Positions 13,701 to 28,250 of a stretch of 64,000 nt of DNA are shown here, piece by piece. The stretch's first letter is position 1, and the number at the start of each line of letters is the position of its first letter. Below the pieces are notes generated by a model that saw only the letters and a program-made list of their open reading frames with translations, did not search any database and had not been told where the DNA came from. Position numbers and translations under genes: made by a program. The DNA comes from Seison nebaliae. Its lineage: Eukaryota. Location: positions 1-64,000 of the forward strand of contig JALJEE010000288.1 in NCBI GenBank assembly GCA_023231475.1, read 5' to 3'.

Positions 13701-16700
13701 CATTCGGGTACTTGTGAGTTGACGATTAAATAAAAGTGTCAACTCTTCAAAGGATAACACAATTCCATAATAATCATTTGAGAAATTGAGAAAGAATAAG
13801 AATTATCTATTCTTCATTTATCATCTTTTGATACGGTTATAGCTCTTGTGATAAACCACAAGAATAGAGCACATCAAAAAAGAGCCTTTTCTCTAATAAA
13901 CCAGTTCATCTCTCACTAATTACCCACTATTCTTCTATCAATAAACAATCATATCCGTTAATTTTCTTTGCATTATCACCAGCTGCATCAATTGACCAGA
14001 AAGATGTTGAAATTAATAGAAATCTTTACTATTTTTATTTGGCACAACATTTCTTTTTCATGCTTTATTTATCTCATAATTACAATTTTTTTCAATTATA
14101 TATTTTTATTAATTTTTCAAAAATTGATTATATATTCGAATAAATCAATTCTGTTGAAAAATGTAATTGCATTTCAAGTGCATTTATTATTATTAGAAGA
14201 GAAGATGCACCTGCTTCTCTTATTATTAATATTATTTATCAGAACTTTCCATCAATTGATTTAATCATCAACAATATGACGATAAAAAATCACTCAAAGA
14301 TGGGTCATTTTTTTCTTTATCTTTATCAATTATATCAGAAATTCCTTATTATCTACTTATGTTACGAAGACTCTTCGGTGCCTCCAAAACGATTGTCGAA
14401 CATTTCATAAAATTATTTATTCTTATTAAATTTAATTAGTTTTTTTCTCGTATTCTAGTTCAATGTATTCTGATCTTCGAATAAGTATCGGAAAATATGG
14501 GCAATTTTTATTAGTCCTCAAATGGCCTTTCGATAGGAGCACATGTCAATCAAAAAATTCATCTTTCACTCAACCCCTTTGGACCAATTGTACTTTTTCT
14601 TTCTGTCCACAATATAATTCATGACATTTTTTATTCAATCTGTATCCTGTCGATTTATTGTGCATTGAATATTAACATGGATAATGATGATGATGATGTT
14701 GATGTTGATGTGAATAAAAGATAAGGCTGAAATTGAAAACCATTGAGATGAATTGATAAAACAGAAAAGAAAAATGAGGAATAACGAAAACAGAGTACGG
14801 AAGACAATAGACGGATGAGACTTTAGTTCCATTCATTGGAGTATTAAAGAAAAGTATCAGTTCTTCATTTTAACAATACAAATCGATTTCCGCTTCCGCT
14901 TTCCTAATATTCTACGCAAACGAGGACGATTATTATGATTATAATACTTTAAAGAAGACGTATAACAATAATGATGAGAAGTATCATAATCGTAATAAGT
15001 AGTAGAAGAAATGATGCCATAAAATTCGCCATTGCTAATGAGTTATGGGACGAAGATTCCACATGCAAAACAGTAGTTGTGGTGAAAGATTTCTTATGGT
15101 ATAAGGATCTTCACAACATGCAGTGAATATATTCGTTTCTTTCTATTATTTCTTCTGACTATCTTGGGAAATTAACAGATTGTTGGAAGAAGAGGAAAAT
15201 TGCTCGTTTACTTCTTATAAACAACAATCGTTTCATCGTCTTCTTTTATTGAATAGACGAAATCTATCGATTATTCTTGGAAAGTTATCGATTCGAAAAA
15301 AAATAGAATAAAACATTTCTGGTCAGTTAATCATTTCCCGCAGCGTTTTATTTTCCATTCTACACAATCTCAAAATTTTTATTCTATCAGAATCTTCCTC
15401 TGAAGTATCCTTTTACCATCTTGTTCATTTACTTACAAATTCCCAGAATTCCAGTTAACGAAAAAGTTTGGAGGATGAAGGTCAATTTACTTATAAAAGA
15501 AAATCTTATTATAATCCACGTCCATTGATCGTACACTTTTCCAAAATGCATATTTGGTATTTCTTGAAAAAAAAAGTTTAACTGCTGTAAGGGTCTAAAA
15601 ATAAAAGAATTTATAGATAATCTTACATGAAATTCTGACAATCTATTAGAAAAAATAGAGAACAGTTTTTCGTTAATTTAAAGTCATTCTGTAAAATTAT
15701 CGTCCTTTCATATAGTTATCTGCTGCATTCTCGTTCATTTTTGATCACGGTCTGTAACTTTCAATCTATGGAAACTATGTATAATTTCTTTGTCAGAACA
15801 TGAATAACACCTTTGAAAATAATTTCTGTTTTTGAATAGAAATCAATGGTGGAATTGATTAGGAAATTGGTTATTGATCTACGATATGTTTATTTTTAAC
15901 TTTGTATTTTTTTATTTAAAATGTTTTCCTTCGTCAAAGATTTTATAAATGTCAGTAACATATAATACTGTTATATGGCTCTGACATTATTCATCGATAT
16001 AAAGTTTAATAAACCAGTTCCAGGAAATAGCAGATCCATATTTACTTACATTCTTATGATTTTATCATAAAGGAAATTGTAAAGTAAAAAATGTGAGAAT
16101 GATGAAGGTCATTTCTCTTTCCTTCGATATGTTCGTACGGAAATTTTTCGACCATTATCATCTTTTGTATTAGAAGATGGTCCATGGTCCATACGTTATG
16201 GGTCATGTGAAGTAATGTTGAGTAATTGTCGAAGTACTAAAGAAATTGCGCGACGAATTGGTAGATAATTTAACATAAAAATCATTCGATAAATTGCTAA
16301 ACAGAATTATTTGGTATAAAATCTATTTATTTTTGTTAATGGAAGTTTTCTAATCTTTAAGATTCGTATCTGATTCTCTTTATACGTATGATTTATGTTA
16401 CTTCATAATTTTTTTTCCTTTGAATTGCGAGAATTAACAATGAAATGAACCACACTTCTTTCTCCTAATCGAAAAAATAAAGATTTATCAGTTACATAAT
16501 AAAGATGGTTGCTATTATCTTCTTCTTTTCATTTCATTGTGTGAAAAAAAAGGTTTCGTGTTATCTCTCGAATTGTATAGAATAGGACGGAAATTGAAAT
16601 ATTTTATTTTCTGTCGCTCATTTTATTTGTTCGTCAATTGCCATTCTTAAATTCTTTCATTTATCATCTCCATTTCCGTTTTCATCAAAACTATTGTTTC

Positions 16701-18218
16701 CATATTTGCACACGCGCTAAAATAGTTTATTTCAGTTCACTTCCACTTACTTCCATTCGAAACACAATAAAATATCTCATCTTTCATCAAATGGGGGAAA
16801 AAAGGTGATTGAGAACGATGCAGTTCTTGAGTAATTATTTCATTTCCTTCCAATGTGCGAAATCAATAATTCATTATCATTCTTTTCATCATCATTGAGA
16901 AATTCGATATGATGACATCTGATCACAGGTGTGACAAATTGAAAGAGAATTTAAATATTTCATTAAATTCTTCATTCATTTTCCACTTTCATTTCCTGTG
17001 AATTTTTCAGGAAATCTTAATCGTCAGTCTTCATAGTAGAGCATTAGTAGGTCGGGAGAGTTTCCTTATCACTTACAGGAAATGCATTCTCATCCAAGTG
17101 GAGTAGTAGCGTGAATTACAAACAATTTCCTGGCCGTTCAATCAGATGAATGGAATCAACTGATAAGTAATGATCGAGTTAATTATTGTAATGGCTTCTC
17201 TATGGAGATTTGGAAGTTCCACTCCTTTCTCGTTCACTCTATTGGCTGATGTGTTAAATGGTTTTTCTTCTAAAAAAAGAACGAAAATAAAACAAATAAA
17301 AAATTCGTGTAATTTTGATCGAAGAAATGGGAACGATTTTCCGACCATTAACGAGTCTATAGATCGTTCCTATAGGTAGTGAGCGTTATTACCGCAATCA
17401 AATAAATGTGTATCGTATCTCTATAATGAGAAGTAGCTATTTAGTCCACTATCAACTTCTTTATTTTTAACTATATTCTCTCTTATATAATAATCTCCAA
17501 CCCAAATGATCTAATGTAGTCGCTACACAATTTATATGATCTGTTTTTCTTCATCAAAAGGAGAGTTCAATTGTAACTGTTTGTTCATTATCATTATCAG
17601 GAAGAACTAATATTAGTGTTGATGTTAATATTCCCAACTTCTACTACTTTAGATGGACGGAAACTGCGAAGTTGATGATTATGCAATCGATAAATTCCAG
17701 TTGAGTTTTACTTAATTTGTAGCGGTCAGTGACTTCTCCACAACTGCTACTTAACCGATGGTGAACTAACAGTATAGACGTAGATTTCTGTTTGGTAAAT
17801 TCTTTAACAAATATCTGCTTCATCTAAAGTAAGAAGATAATTAAAGGAAAATATTCATTATATTTTTGCTTCAAAAACTCATGTCGAAAAAATAAAAAAC
17901 ACAAAACTCCTTTTTATTTTTTTAGGGGGAAAAAGATTTATGTTCAATTTACTATGGGAAGTTGAACTCTCGTTTTATAATGCTAACATCTATTTTTGGC
18001 ATCAAGTGGGTTTGGAAGTTATCAGTTTTGGTTAGTTGTTTTGTAAATTAACAGAAATGACAAGGAGAATATGGAGGAATAGATTTTAAAGGAAGTTTCA
18101 TTCGTAAATAAATAATCTGAATTAATTGACATTAATCATATTTTATAGAAACTTCCAGTTATAAGAGAGGCTATCTTGACATTTTTCCTATGTTCATTAT
18201 CTTATATTACATTGCTCA

Positions 18219-18248
18219 ATGTTTTAGTTGAATGTTTTAGTTGAATGT
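18219..18248. repeat. Short tandem repeat (aatgttttagttg, ~2.4 copies)
   Basis: aatgttttagttg-aatgttttagttg-aatg read directly. Confidence 0.7.
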
Positions 18249-21200
18249 TATGTCACCAACAAAATGGAAAAATACCAAAGTGGATTTTCGACAATAAATT
18301 TTCAGAAGAAGAAATATGTTATTGGAAAGATGGAAATAAATATAGTATATATAAATAAGTAATTTTGATGTAAACCATCATTAATTTACTGTTTAACCGA
18401 TTGTTCCTCACATCCAGATGGTCGACATCGTCGTTAATTTGTGGCATTTCCTCAAATTTGAAGTTTTCTCATACTCACCCTCTTCTCATGTAGTCATAAA
18501 ACGGAATTATTCTACTTGTGAAGTTACATCGAGGCGGAAATGTGGAAGTTCATATAATTCCAATACCTGGTAGACAAGTGTGGAGGATATTCTTCTCCGA
18601 TTACCATATAGCTGGGAGTTTTAGAGCGCGCTCAATTCACCTATGAACATTGGAGAGGGAGATTGTCATTAGGTATATTGGGTCGTTATCTTGGAAAAAG
18701 GAATCATCTCTAATTATTTGTGTAGTCATAAAGTCGGACGAATTTCCTAATAGATTAAACTCGGAAGAAAAGACCATTCTGTATATGGAAGAAGAGAATG
18801 AAATATATTGGAAATTTCCGTAATAACCTTTTTATTTTATTGCTCAAATTAGTTCATTCTCAGCAACAACACTACCAGTTGTAACAGATGTTCATTATTA
18901 TGTTTATTGGATAAACTTGTACATTATTCGAATGGAAAAAAGCTTCCGTCCGAATTCGAAAGAAAACATCAAAATTAAACATTTTATCTGAATTTTTCTT
19001 TATTATCGTACTAATCTTATCTTTTCTCATTAGTATGCTTTTATTCTTACTGATAATTCCGATAATGGTTAGTTGCAATTGATGAGAACAATTAAATTTA
19101 TTTTATTGATTTCAATTGAACTTTTGATAAGATGTGCAAATTAATGGTTTTAAGAGGAAGGATATCGAATAAGGATTATTATCATAATAATTTATAATAA
19201 TATTCGCATCCTCCACCACCATATCGACATCGTCATCATATTTATGTGTTGCATGATTTATGGAGATGTATTAGAATTGATAATCATATATTGTTTATAA
19301 GTAGTTATTTGGATAGAAATCCTGCTAAAGCCTCTGATTAAGTGGTTTAGCTGTACTAGGTTTAGTATTAGTAGAGAAGTTGTAGTGGTATCCTTGACTC
19401 AATCAAGTACTTCATATCAATCTTTCCTTTCTTCTCATAATCATTGTATATGATTTGTTCGACTTTCCAAATATGAGAGTTTCCTTTTTCGCATAATATT
19501 TTTCATACGAACGACTAGTAAGTAGTGGTGGTTTCCTTTCATTCTCATGAGAAGGCGCTCGTACCAGAAATCGTATAGAGCATGTCATCAAATACTAAAG
19601 ATGATTCTTTCTGTCAAAATCATTGTTCTCATTTTTGCCATATAATTATTTATTAGCCTAGTCGTTATGATACAACCACGAAAATGTGAAAAGAAATTAT
19701 ATAATTTCTATACTTAAATGCTCGATAAAAAGAAATTATATGTGTAGCTAATGATTCAGCGGCAATGGTACCATAAGCGCTTTTATTTGGTTGATGGCAG
19801 CATTTCAAGTTCAATCGTAGAATGTCGATTGAAGCGTTCGACGATTCAATTATAACCAACACCATCACCACCAACATTAAATGACAAACACAAGAAGAAA
19901 GTATAATAGCAACCATCAGCGAACGATGATTGTTCTTAAAAATTAAATGAACGAAAATTCCATTTCTTCTCAAAAATTAGGGTCTTCTATAAATTTCTCG
20001 CAGTGTTTTTTATGATCATTCGCAGCAATTCCATCATCATGATCGTTGACATTGAAGAAATCACATGAAATCTTCAGTTTCTAAAATTATTTTCTGTTTA
20101 TTGGATATTTATTTTCAAGGTCGTTTCCGTTAATGCTCAGCAATGACATAACCAAAATATAGATACGACAATTGTCAAAATGAATGACCTGATATCATCC
20201 CATTCAAAAAAATTACATCATCATTCTAGAAAAAAGAAAGATGTTGTATTAAGTTAAGAATATGAACTGAAGATTATCAGTAATTAGAGAATTTACTCTC
20301 TCGTTTAATAAAATTTCGGACAGTAATTTTCGGATTATCTCCCTATCAATTGTGTAAATTGATGCAAACGGATTCTTCTTAAAGAAAAAGGAATCTTTAG
20401 TAAAAGGGAAAATTGACCAAGTTGAATGAAAAGTTGATTATAATTATATCTGATTGTTCGTTGTTCTACAACGGAAAGTGGAATAGGAAAGAAGATTTAG
20501 AGTGAATTGACATATTTATCGTCTTCTTTGCTTCCATAATATTACTAGACATACATGTAAATGTAATCATGTTAGATGGATCAATAATAGTAAAACGATT
20601 TTTCTTTTTTGACGTATCCTTACATCAAACAGTAGTCGAAGCACATTTTATCTTTCTTTCATTTCATTGTGTCATTTCTAAATGATTTCCGTTCTAATTT
20701 CTTTCTTTTTTCCAACAATAACAACAACGATAATGACATCAACTTTTACTACTGTCTCCCTTTAAATTTTTGTTTGATGTTATCATTCTCTTGTTTTGTC
20801 GATTATCTAACAAACAAAAATTGAGATTGATGCATCATCATTCCTTCCTAACAACTATTCAATTTGTCACAAAAAATTATTTCGATATAAAAATCTACAA
20901 CATTTCACTTTCAATATCAATTGCATTTTTCTTTTATTGGCATCTGGAGTAACTATCATCATCAATTTGTTGAATGAAAAAAAATCGAAAATTTTAAATT
21001 CTCTTTTAGAAATTAATTTAAGTCTCTTATAATTCTGCCGATTTCTCTTGTAAATTATTAAATATTCTAGTAAATAATGAAAATTTTAAAAAACAATTCA
21101 ATTTGTTTTTTGGTGGTGAAGTATTTGAAATATTTATTAGAATCTCAGTAAACTGAGGATTTGACAGTTAAATTGGAAGAATTGTCGAGGAGGACAAATC

Positions 21201-23710
21201 CGGAGTATTGTACAGTGGTAGGATGTTGGGAAGAATGAATTCCTATTCCAATGTTCCTAATTAGTAATTACATTATTCATGAGAATTTTATTTTACTCGA
21301 AATGTTGAAGATTGAATTACAGTAAATTCAATACGTCTAAAGGTATTCTCGCTGTGGAAGAGAATGGGACTATCCAATGATAAAGTATAAGAGCTAGCTG
21401 TTGGAGTTCTCCTTTCTCTTCATTATTACATCAACGAATATGGAGGTAGTTATGTGGTGTATGATGTCCTTCAATTAATTTGCATGTTTGGTTGTAGTGA
21501 TGCTTCATTACCAACTTTCCTTTACGAGACGAAACCATTTTCACTTTCAATCATTTGGTTGAAAAGAAATAGAAAGTAATGAAGAAATCTCATTTCAAGT
21601 TAGATCGACATTCCTCCATAATCTATTTTGATATGATTAATAAGCTGGATTGCTGTTACACTATTGATTCGTATATTTCCCCACTCAACATCTTCATAAA
21701 GGAACATGTGTTTAAGATTGAGGTATTAGTAATGATCGCGTAACAATAAGTTCCCTAATCAACAAACATCAAAGAAGAAGAAGATACAACAAATGTACTG
21801 TGTAATCGAAGGTAAATATATGAAAAAAAGTTCGAATGAGAATTTATGAGAAATAAATGAATGTTTTATATCATTCGAACTTACTTTTCGCCTGTCAAGG
21901 ACCATCTATCATTATTATATTTATTCCTATCAACCGTTCAATAGTTATCCCCATACGAACGTAAAGTAGTATCTGTTCATAACTAACCAGATCGATGAAA
22001 TAAACAAATTTCTATTCTTTCCTCTTACTCTTCTTCAATAAACGTCTCATCGACAACATATGAGGAAATGATCAGTTACGTTAGAAATTCATTATAGTTT
22101 TGTCAAACTCATTCTCCTGACAGCACGTGTGCTCTATTTATTTTTATGGTTGCTTCTTCTTTCTCAAATCTGTGTATGTGACGAAAATGAAAGCTCATTG
22201 ATAAAGAAGATCATGATCACTCGAATAACCAACAAATAAGAACGATAATCATAGACTTGATGATGAAGATGACCGATGGTCATCCAATTGTTCATTCATT
22301 GGTTTGTTGTTGTTGTTGTTGATGATGATCAAGAAAATCAATCAAAATCTATATCCAATATAAGTATGTTCTATTGAAGGAACGACATGTTTATTATGAG
22401 AAATAAATTGAATTCTACTCTATTCACATTTGGGTTATTTCACCAGTCCCACACAATGGAAAATGATGAGAATTGGGTGATAACAAATAAATTGTAAATG
22501 AGAAAATTTTTTATAAATTGTTCTTTCCCCACTTTCATTCTCATCTATTAAAAAGTTTTTAATAAAAACAACACAAAAGATAATAAAAAGTGTTTTCTAA
22601 AAAATTCTTTTTCGCGCTCAATTTCTTTTAAGTTAACGTAAAATTGATTCTTAATTATTATAATAAATTTCATTTTTCTTTATCTTCTTTACGAGATGTT
22701 ATCATCATCATTTCTCCTCATCAATTATCAGTTTAACCATAAAATTATGTTGGTGAATATGTAGATCGATTCTTATCTTTATCTCATTCACTTTATTAAT
22801 TTATATTCTTCTTCTAATTATTACTCATCTTAACTCTTTCTTAATCTGCCAGTACAAGAAATTTATCTGATAAATTTCCGATGATACAATTAGTTTATGT
22901 TTACAATTGTGTTCGGAAATATAGGAAAATTATAGTTGTCATATTTGTTCGTTTTCTCCATCATTACAAGTGATTTTGGTCAAATATCAAATTTCTCCTT
23001 TATCATCAATTATGGTATCATTATTCAAGTATGTTGACTACCATGACAACGGATATATATTAAGTTGTTAGACTAACCACTTTCAACTATTTTATGAAAC
23101 TTTATTTCTTTTGTTTCTTATCCAAATCATTCGTTGTTACAAGTTTGATTTTTGCCCATAACAAAATTTTTCGGATGGTCATTCGACAAACCTGAACGGC
23201 ATATTGTCACGAACATATCTACCAAATATTATTTGTCTACATATGTATCTTTTCGTACACGACGTAGAAGTACTATCCAAATGTAAAAGAACAAATTTCA
23301 TTATAACAAAATCAAACATTAATCTTCAAAATAAAGACAAAGAACATTCCTCCCTTTCGTCCTAACCAAACTTTTCCTCGCAGCAATTATAGTTTGAGAT
23401 ACATCCGATATTATCCACATTCAATAATTCTCCTCATCGTATTTTAGAAAGGAACGTGTGGTCCTCCATATGTTCCAATATTTTGCCTTTCTATTTATTG
23501 TCCAATTCTCCAACATGTATCCCAGATATTTCCTTACAACAACCAAAATTGTCTAACTCTAAATCATCGATCTAATATTATTCTTCATCTTTTCTAAATC
23601 AGAAAAATCTCAATTTCGTTTCCAGATAAAATTGCCAGTAGAATTGTTCGAAAGTCTTCGACTTTCTCGAACTCCCACTCATTGAAAGAATTAAACTTTT
23701 TCCAACCATA

Positions 23711-26634
23711 ATGAATTCGACGTTTATTAATACCGGAGTATTTATAATCAAACCGGAAACATCATATGTTCGAACTCCGAATACTTTCCATTCGACACGA
23801 GACCAATATTCAGATCATCAATTTCTTGATGACTCCAATTATTATCGGCAAACTGAATCAGTTTATGATGATGAGTATGATGCTTTCGAGACGAAGAATC
23901 CCAAAGATAAGACAACTTCGAAACTTCAATACGATTTCATCCATATCGTTAATCCACGAAAACGATCGTTAATTAATCAAAAACTTCTCAAGCCGATTAA
24001 TACCAAAACTCAATTGAATTGTCAATGGGAATCGGAAGAGTTGACCATAGCGAAAAATAAGAAGAATCTCCTCACATCATACGACATAAAGATCGATTGT
24101 GATCATGATTTATTAACGAAACCGATTATCGATAAAAAAGTCAAAAGAATTTCCTTAAATTCCACCACAGTTTCATTCATTTTTAAAGTTTATTCTAAAA
24201 ATAATTTCTTTAATTTTCTAGATTGAATTATATGCTAAACAAGAATTTTCTTATTATGATCTCATTTCTATTTCTAAGTCAACCAAACTACCCATCCGAG
24301 ACATCAGAGAGAATTGTCAATGTATCATATTACATAATCAGAAAATTTCTTATACAATCCATACAAGCAACGGTGAAATACGGCAAGAAACTTTCCATTT
24401 TGTTCCAATAGCTCGTTCACTTCCATCATCAAAAGTTTCTTTAGCATGTTAGTCTGAAATATTTTTATTAAAATTTGCTATTTTAAATTTTCTTGATAGA
24501 TCTGGAAAAAACTTTTCAAAAACCAAATTCTAATTATCATCGACGAATTAATTTGATTAAAGATGCAGAATATTCATTGGAATGCATTCCACCGATCAGT
24601 AATCCGACGGGAAAAGTTTCAAATTTTTCTCAGATTTTTGGAATTTTATTTTTTATTTTTTTAGGTTTTTTGGAGATTTTCCAATACGAATGAAGAGAAA
24701 TTTAATGAATTACTTATTGACAATATTAAGAATGGAACATATACACATAAACTAGTCAATGTGAATATGTCGAACTCGGGTAAATATCGTTGTGTCATTT
24801 TCAATCCATATTTTGGAGAGATTTCTTCCGATTATTTACATCTTCAAATTTATCGTTAATATTCTTAATTTTATTATTAATTAATCGAAATTATTCAGAA
24901 TGGAAAGAAAGTGATTGGGGTGAATGGTCGAAATGTTCAACCGGTCTACCCAATATCGATACACTATCCACTATTAAGGAAAATACGATTTGTATGAATA
25001 AGGATACATTTCCAACTATTAATTATGTTCGTCGAAAACATTCAGGGTTTCAACATCGTTCTCGATATTGTTATTTAACCAATACTCATCATGATACATT
25101 GACAACGATTGAAAAAAAAGAAATTATGAAAAATATGAATTTGACGAAAAAGATGTGTGATTTAGATGTGAAGGAAGAAGAGCAAACTTGTAATTTTTAT
25201 ACTTGTGAACGTGAAACGAGTTTCGGAGAGAACAGTCGTCGTAAATTCATTTTGAATTCATCTCAACAAAAACTTAATGGACAATTAGTTCATCAAAAAG
25301 ATTATAATAAATTGAACATTTCTACTTCGAATCATTTATCTTCGACTGGGTCCAATTTGTTGAATATGAATCAATTATTGATATTTGTCTTATCTTTCTG
25401 TTTTTTATTCGTGGTGATTGCTATCGTGTTTTATATAATAATTATACGTCAAAGAAGGAATCGTAAGAAGTCGAATTCGAGTAGTAACAATAATGTTTTA
25501 ACGACTAATTCGACAATGTATTCATCAGAAGCGTCTTATTTACCTCAAGCATCGAAACCATTATTATCTGATTTACGGTTTCATACTGGACAGACATTGA
25601 ATGGACAAAAAATTATATTCGACAAATTATCTATGCTCCAACAGTCAAATCCGAACAATATATTAAATGAACAAATTAATCAATGTGCAGTATATGATCC
25701 ATCCATGAATATTTATTCTTATGCTGATTTAGTCGCTCCACAATCAACATCATTATTACACGCACTAGTTGATGGTAATACAATTATTAGTAATATCGAT
25801 CCACATCTTCTTCCTAATGGAACATCGACAACCGTCCGGAATTCTGGAAAGAGTTTCCATGTTTTTAATAATAAAAATCTTATTTCCAATCCGCACCATC
25901 AGCACAATCAACAACAACAACAACAACAAAATCTTCCATATTATAGTAGTAATACGAATACGACGAATTTAGGTGGAGGAAGGACGAATGATACGAACAT
26001 GAGTACAGATTCAACTGATCAGAATAGTGTCTATTATCAGGAATGTCAATATTCCTCTGTGAAGACGATTGAAGATGAAGATGTTGATGAATTGACATCA
26101 TTTGATGAAAATTCTCAAAATTATCATCCAAATTTCAAAAAGTTTTCATATTTATCATCTCCTTCAACCACACCAAATGAATCTAATTGTATAACCATTG
26201 GAAATACTTCAGTGAATACGTTCGTTAGCAATACCAATACGAGTCTGATGAAGAGTAATGATAACAAGAAACATAATTGTCTGATAATGACAAATAAAAT
26301 TAATGACACAAATCCGAAACGTTCATATCAGACATCAACTAATCAAATTACTACTCAATTATTACCGTCAACAAACAATTGTATCGGAAACACGTTAATG
26401 TTCACCGGAAATATTCCGTTTGGAATGAAAAATCTTTTCGCATCGAATAACATCGTTCAAACGACAAAAAGTGATGACAACAATCTTAATCGATCAACAA
26501 CCGATAATCAATTACTTAATAATTCATCATCCTTAATGATAATGAACAACAACAACACAAACCAAAATAATAAACAAAATATTGACGATTGTCCAAATCA
26601 ATATTCTCATGATCTGAATTCGAAAATAAATTAA
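23711..26634 (+). CDS. Divergent UNC5-like netrin receptor (Ig-like, Ig, one TSP1, TM, low-complexity tail); 5' end unresolved
   Basis: Introns 24170-24221, 24448-24499, 24616-24664 and 24855-24898 join NCQCIIL...KVSLAYLEKTF (cf. UNC5 WCQCVAW...VRIAYLRKNF), LECIPPISNP.GKVFW...SGKYRC (Ig) and WGEWSKCS...QHRSRYC (TSP1). A hydrophobic TM at ~25375-25446 is followed by RQRRNRKK. Confidence 0.75.
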
Positions 26635-28250
26635 TGATCAATTTCAATATACCAACAGTTTATTTCGCACAACATCATCGATCTTGTCTTCAAAAATTAT
26701 TTTCTATAATTTTTTCGTGTTTATAACATTATCAATATTAATTCTACCTCACTTCGTTTCACAACTTTTATCTACAAACATCTCTTATATTTATTTATCA
26801 AATAAATCTATTTATCATTCAACAACTTCTCTAATATCATAATGAAATTAATTTAATAATTATAGAAACATGTTATATTTTATATTTTGTTAAATGATTA
26901 TTTGATTGACTTTGAAATTAAGCGATACAACTTCTGTAAGATCATTCAGCTCAATTGAAATGCAAAAATCTTTCATTATCAAAATGTAACAGATCTAAAT
27001 TCTATTAACAATTATTGTAAGTTACTAGAAATGTCAACTGTTTTTAGAATGGCAATCATCATACATCAAGAAACATGACTTCGACAATTAATTATTCTTT
27101 CCGAACGATCATAAGTATATCTTGATGTGATTAACCAATTAGGAGTCATCATTATCCAATTATAAAAGCAAACTATTTGAAGATCGGAATCGATTATAGT
27201 CAATTCCTACAAAATCAAAATAAATTCCGTCTAATTTCAATTGAATAAAATATACCGATAAATCTTAATTTAACAAGAATTTCACGAATAATTCAATTCA
27301 ATCCTTTCTCCAAAATCGATTTGACGTTAGTTCTATAAATATAATTATTTCTTTAACTGACAATTTTATTTCACTTCCTTATTTCACAATGCTTTTCGGA
27401 CAATGTTTTGGACATTTTAATTTTCATTATTTCATCCAGATTTACAGTTATCGTATACGTAAGTATTTCCATTATTAATGGTTGAGTAAAAAACGAGACT
27501 GTCAATGTTAGAAAATAAGTAATTGTATTGGAGATAACAGTCGTTAGAATGCGTTTGTGAAAGAAATGACTACCACAAATGACTTGTATGTATAAATTAT
27601 GCAAAATAATTTTCATCGTTAACTGACAAAAACTTTTTCCAGAAACGGAGACGTTTAATTAAAAACCTTTATTTTTTTTACCTTATCAGTAGTGTTAAAC
27701 GACATTAATATTTTTTATTTTATTCCTTAAACTTCCTATTAAGATTGTCTAGAAATTATTGGGTTCATGATATATTTCCTACTATATTTATTCAATTGGT
27801 TAATTACGATCAAATTCCTAAATAATTAGGAACTATTATTAGAATATCCCAATTCGGACAATGTAATGAACGTCAATATTTACCAGAAAAACATAATTCT
27901 AATAAACTTTATGAAAAGATTTTTCGGCTTTTCTACTTTTTAAATGTTTTTCTCTTTTAACCATCATTCTAATCACATGTTATCGTGTGTCTTCGTCGTA
28001 TAAGACAGAGAAATAGCCATTGGTCAATTGATTTTTTATTATTCCATGTACCATGTACTTGTAGTTATTCTAGTTATATGAGATATAGTAATATAAGAAA
28101 AGTTTAAATAAGAAACTTATGCAGAATGTGGAAAAGCTTATAATTTCTTGTATTGACTTTGTATTGGATTTTGATAAATAGAATAATTGAGAGTAATATA
28201 TTGGAATTCGTAGAGTTTAAAATTTTTTCGTAGAATAATTTTAGTTTCAA

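Noticed and set aside
17654..17674. miR-184-like sequence TGGACGGAAACTG
   Set aside because: No complementary arm to form a pre-miRNA hairpin, and the 3' half diverges.
8237..20952. Many 60-100 aa ORFs in the gene-poor region, and antisense ORFs over real genes elsewhere
   Set aside because: F/I/L/K/N-rich translations typical of AT-rich non-coding DNA or shadow frames; no recognisable motifs.
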